A DNA stretch of 64,000 bases from Schizochytrium sp. TIO01 (Eukaryota > Protista > Bigyra: Labyrinthulomycetes): positions 1,178,001 to 1,242,000 of the forward strand of contig SMSO01000033.1 of assembly GCA_004764695.1 (NCBI GenBank). Reading direction: 5' to 3'. Under the pieces are notes generated by a model. That model searched no databases, was not told the origin of the DNA, and saw nothing but the letters and a program-made list of their open reading frames with translations. A program made the position numbers and the translations under genes. This document shows, in pieces, positions 36,474 to 48,300 of the stretch. The stretch's first letter is position 1, and each line of letters begins with the position of its first letter.

Positions 36474-37754
36474 TCAGGCACTCATGCCAGCGCTGCGCAG
36501 ACGGATTTCGGCAAATCCAAGAGCCTGTTTGATCTGTTGGTTCTTGGGCTCAAGCTCAAGTGCCTTGCTCAGCTCAATAGCAGCCTCCCGATAGCGCTTG
36601 AGGGCGTGAAGAGCCACGCCCTTGCGGAAAAGTGCCTTGGTAAAGTCGGGCTTGAGCTTGAGGGCCTCATCTGCGGCCTCAATAGCCTCAGGGTGGTGTC
36701 CAAGCTTAAGGCGTGCAAATGCAAGGTTCGTCCAGAGGACAGGCTTAAGCTCGGAGGTCTCTGGCACAATATCAAGTCCTTCGGTGTAGTAAATGCAAGC
36801 CTGGGCATAATTACCCTCTGCGAACGCTTCATTGCCACCAATCTTCTTGAGCTCGGCGACACGTTCCTGAGACTGAAGTCCATCGCCATCCCCGGCAGCC
36901 TCAGCAGCATCAATCTCAGCCTGCGTAAGCGGCATGTTTCCGCGAGAGCGGAAGACACGCTCAGTCATGAGCTCGCCATCCTTGATATGCGAAACAAACT
37001 GGACTTCAGCAGGGCGCTCAGCATCATGCTCATGTGCGCCCAGCTTCACAAAGCAGATCTCCTCACTGGACACATGTCCCTCAGGGTGGTGAACGTGCAC
37101 GGAGGAGTCCTCGACACCTGCGTGGAGAATCTTATGTTCTCCGGCCCTGAAAACGCCAGGGGCGTAACGAACCTCGAGGTTCTTACAGAGATCGGCTTGG
37201 AGGATGTGGTTGACAGCCCGAAAGTGGACCTTGCAGTTCGTACAGTTGGCCACCTCAATGTGGCTGGTGATAGTAATAGTTTCGATGTTGAAGGTACAGT
37301 CCTCGCAGTCCTCAATGAAAACCTTGACAAGCTTGGAGAGAGACTCAGGGAGAGTAAAGGTACTGCCTTTAACACCCTTGAAGTAGATGACACGCTTGTT
37401 GCCGATTTCGCTGTCATCAACAACAACCTCCTTGTTATTGTAGCTCTCATCAAAGACATGGCGCATGGCAGCCTCGGAGAGCTTGCGCTGATCCCAAGCC
37501 TTTTTGGCCTCGCGCAGGGCTTCAAACTTCTCGCGATCGCGTTTCTCAGCCTCGGACTTGGGCTCATTCTTGTGCAGGCCGAGTGCCTTTGAGGCCTCTT
37601 CTTTGGCCGCCTCCTCTTCTTTCTCAATCTCAGCGACGGTCTCCTTGGAAAACTTGTCCCACTTGTCGTAGTACGTCGTGCGCTTCGACGCAAGCTCGTC
37701 CGAGGTTGGCGCCTGGCCGGCTGCGGTAGGGTTCGTGCTCTCAGAAGTCGTCAT
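36474..37754 (-). CDS. C-CAP/cofactor-C-like beta-helix plus three-TPR (carboxylate clamp) protein
   Basis: Beta-helix-like repeats (VIYFKGVKGSTFTL, KVFIEDCEDCTFNI, IEVANCTNCKVHF, LQADLCKNLEV). TPRs carry clamp residues in KIGGNEAF, VLWTNLA and KALFRKG. Strong GC3 codon bias. Confidence 0.85.
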   Translation of the reverse strand: MTTSESTNPTAAGQAPTSDELASKRTTYYDKWDKFSKETVAEIEKEEEAAKEEASKALGLHKNEPKSEAEKRDREKFEALREAKKAWDQRKLSEAAMRHVFDESYNNKEVVVDDSEIGNKRVIYFKGVKGSTFTLPESLSKLVKVFIEDCEDCTFNIETITITSHIEVANCTNCKVHFRAVNHILQADLCKNLEVRYAPGVFRAGEHKILHAGVEDSSVHVHHPEGHVSSEEICFVKLGAHEHDAERPAEVQFVSHIKDGELMTERVFRSRGNMPLTQAEIDAAEAAGDGDGLQSQERVAELKKIGGNEAFAEGNYAQACIYYTEGLDIVPETSELKPVLWTNLAFARLKLGHHPEAIEAADEALKLKPDFTKALFRKGVALHALKRYREAAIELSKALELEPKNQQIKQALGFAEIRLRSAGMSA

Positions 37755-38896
37755 TCTGGTTGGGCTTTGAAGATGAGGTTCGTGCTCGAAGCGGAATCGA
37801 TTATACGGAATCGATCAGGATTGCGTGCTTGCTTTACGATCCACGTGGCCTGCCTCGGGTGCTCTAGACAGTCCCAAATGCAGTTCGCGAACTCCACCAA
37901 GTCCCCTGTTGCTACCGTCGAGTGTGCAGGGCAATGGTGTTGTTATTGCAGGTTTGCTCGTCCTCGATTTGGATTGTGCAAGCTCTAGAAGCACAACAAA
38001 TTTATTCACTTGTGCAAGAAGAATTACTTAATCGACTGTACCTAAAGATGATAATGATATGATCTCTGTTACCGTACTGTTATTACTGCCCGTTCTTGCA
38101 CCTTCGAGAGTCTTGTTTTTCTTCCAGAGGGTCTCCAGACTAAGGAGATCTTTTCTTACAAGACTAGACTGTACGACTTGCTAAAGTAATGGATGAGAGT
38201 CTTATCTTGTAAGAGAAGCATCAGGGCTGCGGCTTGCACACCTGGAGGGGGTTGGTTGTCTTGAGTGTTTTGTTTAGTTTTGTTTAGTTTTGATGTGATT
38301 TTGGTTTTGATTTGATTAAATTTTGTTTGATTTGATGACATTGTTTTATTTGGGGCCATTTGCGATGGAAAAACAAGCTGCGCTGTGCAAGACGCCCCAC
38401 GTGTTTCTTATGTGGGCAAGCGTCCAGGTTTTGCACGATATGGCGCTGTCTGTGTGCAGAGGAAAACACGCGTTCCAGAACATTTAAGGATTTCATCAAT
38501 GTTTGAGGATCAGTATAAACCTATTTGCATTTGCAGAAATAGGTGTTATCTGCCAGCACGTGGGAAAGCTGGAGAATTTAGAGATCCGGGCTCAGAGGCC
38601 TCTCTCGACGCCAAGTTGGTGCAGACAATCAAATACAGCATGGCTGAAGAGGACGGGAGCCCTCGACCATCTTGAGAAGATCATTCTCTCTACAATGCAA
38701 AGCAAACTCAGGTGCACGCTCCCTCGCTCACGCAGTGGGCACTTTTTGCAAGTTGAAAACCCTCGCAAAAAGGAGTGTACTACTGTTACTATTGTTGCTA
38801 AAATGGCTATTTGACGCCAGCAGGAGGTAGTAAAGAGTACTACGAGGTAGAACTCGATCCTGCAGTACCTACATCGCTAGAACTGCTTTACGTTAC

Positions 38897-38900
<4 letters not shown>

Positions 38901-38940
<40 letters not shown>
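38901..38940. repeat. (CT)20 microsatellite
   Basis: Perfect ctctct run. Confidence 0.95.
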
Positions 38941-38944
<4 letters not shown>

Positions 38945-40490
38945 GAAGGTCAGCTTGACCGAAGAACTTAGTCTGAGAAAGTGAATTTGTTGATACTTGT
39001 GCAACAACTCCGCGTCGCCCACCTTCAGACGGACACCTTAATTAAGTGTAGTAAGGATTACACTTTGTTGACAAATATATGATATATTAAGGTAGGTGTA
39101 CTTATTTTATATATTTGGAACAAATCAGGCACCGCACAGGAACCACACATTGATTATCTCATCACCTACTGTGGATGTGGCTCAAGACAGCAACATTGGC
39201 AGGGTATCATAATTTAAAAGAGATTATGCAGTTTAAACGCCAGGAGGACTTTTTGTTTGTGCTCACTGAATATGCAGCTTTAGCTCCAGTGTCTCAATGT
39301 TTGCAATCTGGTTTGATTGTGTTATAAACCCGGAGCTATCACAATTCAATTTGTAGACTGCACGCCAACAAAACAAAACGTAGCAATTAAATAAATGCCC
39401 AATTACATATTGCTATATGCACTTTCGAACATCCACTACCTACCTATTTAATAGATTTAATCAGGGTTATGCCGAACAATACATGACTTTAAGTCAACCC
39501 CGACATAGTTAGAAAAAGCTGACCCGGCAGGTTCGCAGAATTGCTTAGCATGTATGTACTAGTTGACCTAGGGAAAGGTTCATATTGCACATGTGGGCAC
39601 GTACAAAACTCAGCGTTGCCTTCAGTTGATGTACTTCCGAGCATAATGCTTAAGGGTTGCCATTCTTTCATGAAACATGTGTGGTAGGTGGGCAATTAAA
39701 TATTTGCTTTCGAAACCTCATGCTTCGATATGGATATAGTAGCACCTCTTGTTTTCTACCATTGTTGAATTCTATTGCTTGATTGTATTCCAGAAATTGG
39801 CAATCCCTTACGAAGTCAAAGTGTTTCCATCCAGATTTCAACTTCGAAGATAGATTCAACTACTTCTATAAAAAATCAAGGAATTGATGGAATTCTCAAA
39901 GAGATTCTTACTACTCCGATATGCATACAAATTTTGTTCGACGGTTGCTCTCAAATTTGTATCTGCTAATCTTAGCCATCCAGAGTTTGTGTAAACTGCC
40001 TGGATTTATGCCAAAAACCTCACAGCTAGTATTCTTGTCTTCTTCCAGTCTTATCATGCTTGCTTTTAAAAGGCTACCCTTATACAAAGTGCACCCCATG
40101 ATTCTATTAGACAGCTCATTCTTGCTACTTAAAGGCTGCCCCTACCGACCCTTTGACTTGAGTAAAAACTGAAGTTAGCTTCATCAAACCAAACCAGCTC
40201 TTCAGTCCTCTCTCTGTATAGTTCCTACCTCCTTTTAAAGGCTATATACGCTAACTTTGGTGCCACCAACTAAGTCATTAAGCACTTTTCTGATATTTTA
40301 TGTAGCTATAAGAATAGAGAAACTTATTTTATTTTCAATTTTTGAGCTCAGTTATTGGTGGTACTACATAGGTCCTAGTTATTGAGTGATATTGCAAACG
40401 ATTGCTCTACATTGCATGGCTTTGCAGTCAATCAATCACAGTTAATTGAGAGCTCTCCGATTGACGCAAGCTGCTCAATCGCGAGTGACT

Positions 40491-41918
40491 ATGGTGGTGT
40501 CTTCGGCTCTCCCACGAGGCTTGCGGTCGTTGGACCGCGCTCGCGAGTGCCTCTCGCGCGCTGCGAGTGCCCAGCGAGAGTGCAATGCCTTCACATACCT
40601 GCGCGAGAGCAGCGACGTCGAGTCCGAGGCGCTTCAATCGCAGCGTCGCTGGGAAAATGGCGCTCCATTAAGCCCTATCGACGGTCTTCTGGTTGCTGTT
40701 AAAGATAACATTTGTGAGGCCGGCCAGAGAACCTCTGCAGGCTCAAAGATGTTGTCGAATTTCGTGTCCCCATATGATGCCACTTGCATTTCGAGGCTTC
40801 GCGATGCCGGCGCCATTTTCATTGGCAAAACTAACATGGATGAGTTTGGCATGGGGTCCTTCGGCCTCAACTCGTTTTATGGGCCTTCATGTAGACCTGG
40901 TGACCACCGCGTGGCAGGAGGCAGTTCCAGCGGCTCTGCAATTGCTGTGGCTTCTGGTTCGTGCGATATTGCTCTTGGCTCCGATACTGGTGGCAGCGTG
41001 AGGCTCCCGGCCGCCTTTTGTGGAGTATTGGGTTATAAACCTTCGTACGGCCGTATCCCAAGACATGGGCTCATCTCATACGCAAGTAGTCTTGACACTA
41101 TTGGCATCCTTGCAGCAGATTCAGAATGCCTTCAAAATGCCTTTGACGTTTGTGCTGGGCCAGATGTAAAGGACTCCACATGTATCCAGACACCCTGGGA
41201 CCCCGCAGAAGCCAACGAAGACAGTAAAAAACGCAAGCTTCGTGTAGGAATTCCAGTCGAGTACAATGTAGAGGAACTTTCGGAGAATGCTCGAAAGGAG
41301 TGGCAGGCTCAAGCTGAGCACATATGTGATGTTCTTGGCGCGAGCGAATGTATCCCTGTAAGCATACCAGCTGTGAAGGATGCGCTCCCAGCATACTACG
41401 TTCTTGCCTGTGCTGAAGCATCATCAAACCTTGCACGTTATGATGGTGTTGAATATGGGTTCCGAACTGAGTGGAGCGACGAATACGAAAGCTTGCATGC
41501 GGAGTATACAGCTTCGCGTACCCAGGGCTTTGGGGCTGAGGTCCAACGTCGCATTCTCATGGGGGCACATGTGTTGAGTGCGGAAGCTTATGATACTCTC
41601 TACCTTCGCGCAAATGCTGTGCGAAATGCTCTGCGCCAAGACTTTCGGTCTGTGTTTGAACAAGTTGATGTCCTAGTTACGCCGGTTTCCGCCGGTCCTG
41701 CACCGACGCCGGAGGAGGCAGCACAACAGGATCCAGTGCACGCATACATTACTGATGTGATGACTGTTCCATCGTCTTTAGCAGGTTTGCCATCTATCAC
41801 TATTCCGGCTATGGGCGAAACCAGCTACCAGCTCATTGCTGCTTCCCAGCAGGATGGAACAATTCTTCGTCTAGCCAGGCAACTTGTTCCAGCTTCTTCT
41901 TCACCTATCGATTTGTAA
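40491..41918 (+). CDS. gatA: Glutamyl-tRNA(Gln) amidotransferase subunit A, probably mitochondrial (QRSL1)
   Basis: Amidase signature: VAVKDNI (Lys), GKTNMDEFGMG, GGSSSGSA, GSDTGGSVRLPA. GatA-specific motifs EASSNLARYDGVEYG and RTQGFGAEVQRRILMG. The first ATG is at 40491; the ORF track starts at an upstream TTG. Confidence 0.93.
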   Translation: MVVSSALPRGLRSLDRARECLSRAASAQRECNAFTYLRESSDVESEALQSQRRWENGAPLSPIDGLLVAVKDNICEAGQRTSAGSKMLSNFVSPYDATCISRLRDAGAIFIGKTNMDEFGMGSFGLNSFYGPSCRPGDHRVAGGSSSGSAIAVASGSCDIALGSDTGGSVRLPAAFCGVLGYKPSYGRIPRHGLISYASSLDTIGILAADSECLQNAFDVCAGPDVKDSTCIQTPWDPAEANEDSKKRKLRVGIPVEYNVEELSENARKEWQAQAEHICDVLGASECIPVSIPAVKDALPAYYVLACAEASSNLARYDGVEYGFRTEWSDEYESLHAEYTASRTQGFGAEVQRRILMGAHVLSAEAYDTLYLRANAVRNALRQDFRSVFEQVDVLVTPVSAGPAPTPEEAAQQDPVHAYITDVMTVPSSLAGLPSITIPAMGETSYQLIAASQQDGTILRLARQLVPASSSPIDL

Positions 41919-42571
41919 ACTTTAAATTCAATGATCTTTCATGACAGACCTAATCTCTCGTCTATTTTGCTATGGATCATCATTTTCATGCGCTTTACGA
42001 TGGATCGCTGTCTCCTTTCTTCCTAGGTATAGAGATAGAGAACAAGACGGTTGTTAAGGTAAGGTCATCTTTCCCTGCAAAATACCTTATCAGAACGAGA
42101 TACGTCACTTTGATCCAAAAGAAAACGAGAATATATAACGTACTTGCCTCAGATTCTATGAGTACTGTAGTACGCGTTTTTTGGGGGGTAACTCGCAATT
42201 ACGATTAAGACATTTTTCATGCCTTCTATAGTGCATCATTTCTATTTCATCGAAATGTAGATTATGCTCCTTTCTAGCGTGAAAAGACTCCTAAATTCAC
42301 AACGTTACGCCGTCTCCTGTGTGGTTCCAACAAGTGAGTGTTTAAAATTGTACTGCTTGCAAAAAAAATAATCGCCAGCACGAGTAAAATGGGACTCGGT
42401 ACGTCAATTCTTATTCAATTTTGAAGTTATTTTTCTTTCATTGTTTAGTTTCGCAAATGGTGTATTGTTGTAAAACGAGGTGATCATATGTAGGTATGTA
42501 GGTAGGTAGATATGTTTGTGAAGTGAAGAGAAACAAAAGAGACACAGCTCCATGCACTAGAGCATGAGCAA

Positions 42572-44509
42572 TTACTTGCTCAGAAGCTTGTGTAGGACCT
42601 TGAGACCTGCGGGTGCGTCCTTCGCTGTGGCTTTGGCGAGTGCTGCTGCGCACTTCTTCGATGCCTTAATCTCCTTTTGCACCGATTCGGCAGTGTCAGA
42701 GTGCTCAACGAGCGACACCAAGAGGAAGCACGTCGTGTTCTGCTCAATAAGCGAGTCCAGTTGAGGCTGCAGGATCTCCCAGAGTCTCTCTGCAAATCCA
42801 GCGCGGTCCGCGGCTTGACGCTCTCCTTCAGCCGCAACAAGGCGCTTTAGTGTACGCTGCGGCACAGGCTTCTCTACAACAGCAGGAGTTTCCTTGATGG
42901 TTTCCAGAACCTCTGCCATCAAAGAAGATGCCCAGGAGGCCGCGAGAACCTCCATGAGAAGATCCGCACCTTGCACGTGCTCCAGAAGGCCTTGAACGTT
43001 GCCTTCCAATGCCTTCGCCAGAGGGAAGGCTGTTGCCTCCTTCAATTCTGCGACACGAGTCGCGGCATCCTTCTTAGAAGTACCCTCAGCAGGCTCGACG
43101 GTCTCAAGATCCACGCGTCGGAAGTAGCGCTTCACGTGCTCAGTAAGCGTTTGCATGTATACGAGGCGTGCAGAGGTCTCCGCGTCGGGGACCTGCACTG
43201 ACGCGACGAGGTTTGCGAGGACATCCTCAGGAATCATCTCGGGGATGATGTTCTTCTTGAGAAGCACGGTATCATCCAGAGATGCCAGAAGTGCTGCGAT
43301 GGCCAAGTACCCGAACTCATGAAAGCACAGGTTTGCTACATGGCCTTTGAAGATACGCACAAACTTCTTACGCTCTTTGGCGCTAGCATGAGCGATGCAC
43401 CTCGCCACAGTGCCAGCTCCATCAGAGGTGGAGATCATAGCTAGCGAGGCCTCTGCCACAAGCGGCACAAGCTCGCGCAGGATCACGGATTCCTCACAGG
43501 CCTCAAGACTCTCAGGGTCTTCCTTAGCGACCTCGGCGAGGTTGAACTCGCAATGTTCCACAAGGGACCGGGCGATGGAGTGAGCAAAGTCGAGACGCAG
43601 GATACCCTTCTCGGCCTGCTTGGTCACAATGCGGTGCAGGTTGGCCAGGGAAGCCCGGCGTTTCTTGAGGTCCATGCTCTCAAACATGGCGCGAGCCGAG
43701 ACCGGCTTTGGCTTGAAGTTGCGCTTCTTGTTCGTGGCAGACTTAGCCTCGGCCTCAGCCTCGGTTTGCTGGCCGAAAATTGCGAATTCCGGTCCGTAAA
43801 ACTCAAGACGCAGCTTAGCCAGTACTGCCGGAACGCTAACGAGGACCGGCGCAGCAGCTTCCTCCTTGTTCTTCTTGAGGAGTGCCCTTCCGCGCTTGGT
43901 CTTGGCGATGTCGATGTCACAGTTCGTGAACGCGAACTGGAGGACCCTGGAACCACAGTTGTGAGTGGCAAGGCGAACCATGTGGCCACGAAGTTCGTTG
44001 AGCACCTTGACGCGGTGCTTCTCATCACCATACCGAAGAAGCGCAATGACCAAGAAGCAAGAATATTTATCCTTGGATAGCTGCACAATCTTGCCCTCAA
44101 GTTCCGCAAGAACGGCCTCGCGTACCTCCTCGTCTCCAAATCTGAAGCACGCCTGCACGCTACGGCAGGCATCATGCTTCATGGCAAACTTCAGCACACG
44201 CCCCTTAAGCGTGCCATAGATCTCTCGCACTTCCGCCTCGCGTGCTTTGGTTTCCTCGCGGCCATCCTTAGAAAGCGTCACCGCAGTGAGCTTGTTCAAC
44301 TGCTTTACGGTGTCCGTGAGGTCCTCACCACCATGCTTCTGCACCCACACGCCATCCTTGCTGTGGCTTTGCTCATCCGTCTTGGCCCGCTTTAAAGAAG
44401 ATTTCTCGTTGTCGGGGTTACTACGCTTTACACCACCACGTTTGCTGTCCTTGGCACCCTTTTTGCCGTCCTTGTTGGCGCCCTTAAAGGCGACCTTGGG
44501 AGCCGCCAT
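42572..44509 (-). CDS. PUM3: Pumilio homolog 3 / Puf6 (Puf-A) nucleolar RNA-binding protein
   Basis: K/R-rich N-terminus (MAAPKVAFKG...); PUF-like repeats KHDACRSVQACFRFG, LSKDKYSCFLVIALLRYG, LATHNCGSRVL; LEFYGPEF; ASAKERKKFVR; LDDTVLLKK; SKKDAATRVAEL (CPL region). The ATG at 44509 is preferred over the upstream GTG. Confidence 0.88.
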   Translation of the reverse strand: MAAPKVAFKGANKDGKKGAKDSKRGGVKRSNPDNEKSSLKRAKTDEQSHSKDGVWVQKHGGEDLTDTVKQLNKLTAVTLSKDGREETKAREAEVREIYGTLKGRVLKFAMKHDACRSVQACFRFGDEEVREAVLAELEGKIVQLSKDKYSCFLVIALLRYGDEKHRVKVLNELRGHMVRLATHNCGSRVLQFAFTNCDIDIAKTKRGRALLKKNKEEAAAPVLVSVPAVLAKLRLEFYGPEFAIFGQQTEAEAEAKSATNKKRNFKPKPVSARAMFESMDLKKRRASLANLHRIVTKQAEKGILRLDFAHSIARSLVEHCEFNLAEVAKEDPESLEACEESVILRELVPLVAEASLAMISTSDGAGTVARCIAHASAKERKKFVRIFKGHVANLCFHEFGYLAIAALLASLDDTVLLKKNIIPEMIPEDVLANLVASVQVPDAETSARLVYMQTLTEHVKRYFRRVDLETVEPAEGTSKKDAATRVAELKEATAFPLAKALEGNVQGLLEHVQGADLLMEVLAASWASSLMAEVLETIKETPAVVEKPVPQRTLKRLVAAEGERQAADRAGFAERLWEILQPQLDSLIEQNTTCFLLVSLVEHSDTAESVQKEIKASKKCAAALAKATAKDAPAGLKVLHKLLSK

Positions 44510-45362
44510 GACGCGATCGGATGACCGCAACCGGCTGCTAGGTTGGAGAAACGGAGTTCCGCCACCGGGCGGGGAAAAAATAGGAGAATGAAAATCGGAG
44601 TGCGAACTCCGGAAGGGACGAGCTTGGTGTCTGTTTGCTGCTGGAATGGCAAACGATGAGCTTGCCAACTCGTGGTTCTGCGCCACAACCAGCCGTTCTG
44701 TAGGACCGGGGAAAACAAGGAGTAATACGGAAAGTGAAGTATAGATGTAAAGTTCACTTATAGAGACAACCTCAAAGTAGGTTATATGCGAGGGGAAAGT
44801 GGACTTTCTTTTTTACTTGTTGCCAAATTATTTCCTCTTTTTCTTTTTCTCTTTTCTATTTCATTCCAAAGCCAGATTCCTGATTAAGTAAAGGAAAGTA
44901 TTTTACGATGCAAACAATCTAAGGCACTACTTCTGAGTAGTTCCAAAAATAAACGCATATAGCACACACGACAAGCGCCAGATATATTCTCCAGGGGCTT
45001 AAATTGATTGCTTCATTTTCGAGTAAACTCTCTTCCAGGCCCTACATTTCCATCAAATGCAGGGTCCCCTACTACCAGTAGAACCTCTTTATGGATTTAT
45101 AAGCAAACAGAGAATCAAGAAAGGAGGGCTCTACTTGCACCAAGTGAGTTATAGCGCGTATAAGTTATAATAGCTCGAAGTACACAAATAGAAAGTGGCG
45201 CATTCCCATATGGGGAAAGCGGTGAGTGAATGGACGTGTGATTGAGGGTTTAAGTGATTGGCACTGCATTTGCAAGCTCCTGGAACGATCAAAGCAAGAA
45301 ACAGGCTCCATACTGGGGCCGACAGAAGCGTATCGGGAGAAGCCATACAGGCTCTAGCCAAG
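44510..45362. promoter_or_regulatory. Divergent (head-to-head) intergenic region between PUM3 and the TYW fusion; probable bidirectional promoter
   Basis: Gene orientation and ~850-bp spacing with T-rich tracts. No specific motif was identified. Confidence 0.4.
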
Positions 45363-48300
45363 ATGGCGCAGAGTCGAAGCGACGTTTTCGATGGGCACAA
45401 GGCCATAGTGTTGGCAGAACTAGCGGAGATGGGCTCCGCAGAATACAGCGACAAGTCACCAAAAGGCTCTGTGGATGCTGCAGTGGTAGACCTTGTGAAA
45501 GATATCAACGCTTCTCGCGATTTTGTTACAACTAGCTCGTGCTCGGGTCGCGTGAGCCTCTTCTACGAAGGCGAACAGTCATCCTCCGACAAGTCTGATT
45601 CTGAAGCAAATGCAGATGTACAATCTCAAGACTTGCAAATTAGCCGTCAGAATGATGCCGTACAATTGCAAATTGATGATGCCGAAGAAATTAATGCTCG
45701 CCAGCAGCAAGCTCCTCGTAAGGGCCAGGGCCGGTGGCTTGGAGTGAACCATGATCGAGCCTTAAGCTCCCAAGAGGTTCTTGAAATGCTCTCAAGCGTC
45801 GAGAATCTGGGAGGTACCGCAGTTCTCAAACATGAACCTTTTGTGCTTCACGTGCAATGCAGAGACGAAATCAGTGCCCAGGCCTTGCTTCGCGTAGCCA
45901 TGGAATCTGGCATGCGTGAATCAGGGATTTCTCTCGGCCAGAAGAAGGTCATGGTTGGCATCCGTACTCTTTCCAACGTCCTTGAAGTTCCCTTGCTTGT
46001 CGATGGCAAATCGCTCATGCCAGAGCCAGCTGTTGAAGCTATGTGCCAAATTGCAGCCGAGAAATTCCGTATTAATTGTGAAAAACGCGCAGCTTTTCAC
46101 TCCAACATTCGCAAATTCCTCAAGGAGTACCAAGCAAGCCCACAGCCGCAGAAGCCTAGAGCAGCGCCTGCCAGAGGCAAAACCAAGAAGCAGCTTCAGC
46201 AGCAGCAGCAGCAAAGTGAAGCCACTACCGGTACCTCTAATGACAGTAGCAACACTGTGGAGCACTGCCTCGACTGGAAAGAGCTCTCGCAAGGTGCAGA
46301 CCTGCTGCAACGCTGGGGCCAAGCATCTGTGCCTCTTCCAGATGGATCCGCAGCAATTGCTTTTGGTGGATTTGGACCTTGTGATGGCACCTCTCACGAA
46401 CGCAGAAATGATGTTTTATCAGTTGTGCGTCAACCTAGTGGAGACTTTGTATGTTCTCGGGTCGAGCCTAGCGGTGAACCTCCTTCTGCTCGAATCAAAC
46501 ACTCCGCGTGTTGGCTTGATGCCCAGAGCTCAATGTGTGTTTTCGGCGGACGCCAATCACCCCATAACGCTTTGTCAGACGTTGCTCTACTTCGTGTTGA
46601 TTCTCCCTCATCTTGCTCTTGGACAAATATACAAATTTCCGGCGAACAGGTGTCAGGTCGCTGGGGGCATTCCATGGTTGGATTTTCACAGAATGGCGGA
46701 CTGTCTCAAGCGATTGTTTTTGGAGGTCGTAACGCTGACAGTGTGTTCAATGATGTCGTATGTATTACTATCTCAGAAGATACCCAAACCACAGCTCATA
46801 TTGAGACATGGCTATGCAGCGGTACTGCTCCCGCTCCTCGGTATGGACATACAGCCGTGTTGATGGGCGCAAATCAAGACCAAATGGTGGTCTACGGAGG
46901 CTACGCAACCGTGGGTAAGCAAGAAGCAGAAGCAGAGGCATCTCAAAATATGCTGGGAGGTGTCCATATCCTCTCGCTCTCTACACGCACGTGGACCACT
47001 GTGTGTCCTCATAGCCCTCAAATGAGTCGTTTCTCCCATGGTGCAGTTGCACTTGATCAAACGCGAATGCTTGTTGTTGGTGGTGTGAGTATTGACTACC
47101 GAAACAATGGCGCAAAGGTATTTGATCTAGACACTTCAAGATGGACTGTGGTTCGATCTTCAGAAGAATATGGAAGTGCGTGGGCACCCAAAGCAATGCA
47201 TCAAAAGTTCAGCCTTGTGGCACTGCCTCGAGGCAATAATTGTGTGGATGTACTTGCCCTTGGCGGCGGAAATCTCTGCTTTTCTTTTGGATTCTGTTTT
47301 GGAAAATCTTCGTATGCAGATGCCAGCTGGCTGCTTTCTCATTCTTTTGTTGAAGATGCTATTGCAGTGAGCGCGAGTGATGCCAAAACGGTGAAAGTCT
47401 GTCTTGAAAAGAATAAACTCTACGACCGTTCACGAAAGATCGTCCCTTACTTGCACAATGGCCGCACTTCAGTCCTTGCTGTTCCATTTATGGCCTCTGA
47501 AGCATCTCAGGTGAAGGCTCTCGTTGCTTCCACCCCATCACTCCAAGCTGTAGTACGCGGTATCGTTCATTGCCCACCACCCGCTCTCGCTGGAGCAGCA
47601 CCAGACGCGAGTCCAGGCACAAAGTTCACTGCGCAAGAGCGAGTTGCTGAAGCAAAGGCCAAACAGCACCACAAAGCTGGCAAAACTTTGACTGGACCTG
47701 GAATTGCGGTGCCTGCGGCTTCTTGCAAGATTTGCAAATCTACCCTTGAACAGGCTGGTCTTTATGATAAGACTCGCCGAGTAGGCAAACTGGAGAATGG
47801 ACTAATGGGTGTTCCTGTTCGTGGCAACATTGAGCAAGCTATTGCGGCTCTCGCTAGTGTCGGTGTCATCCCGGACTCAGGCACAGAGTCTATGGAACTT
47901 CCGAAAACCCCAATTCCGAAGCAACAGACAGCGATGAAGAAGTCTCGTAATGTTCAAGCTGGAAGTAGTAGTAGTGCCTCCGCTGTGAAGAGTAGCACTG
48001 GCTCCAAAGGAGGTAAGATCAATTCTTCTACAGGTGCCAAGGGCAACAATGGCGGACGTGCCATCAAGGACCAACTTCGTGTATGGCTTGAGGGGTTAGT
48101 GACAAGAACCCCTGCTCTGCAACTTCCTTCAAACGAAATTATGCGAAGTGAATTGCCTGGACGTATTGAGCTTCTTGGAGATGTTGCGATTGTGCCACGG
48201 GAAGCTTTTCGCTCTGAGTCTGCATGGCAACCAATTTTCGACGCTGGGAAGAGCCAACCTGAGGACTGCTTATGGGCAATGATTGCGGCTTTGACTAGCG

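Noticed and set aside
36468-37592. 374-aa plus-strand ORF (and the 215-aa alternate-frame ORF 37046-37693)
   Set aside because: Antisense or alternate-frame shadows of the GC3-biased CAP/TPR gene; no recognisable motifs.
39480-40180. Short ORF fragments as a decayed transposon or reverse transcriptase
   Set aside because: No RT, integrase or DDE motif could be recognised, and no terminal repeats were seen.
42572-45362. ORF-track starts for PUM3 (44686) and TYW (45258), and likewise GatA (40446) and lipase 3 (60683)
   Set aside because: These use GTG/TTG starts; in a eukaryote the first in-frame ATGs (44509, 45363, 40491, 60656) fit the homology and context better.
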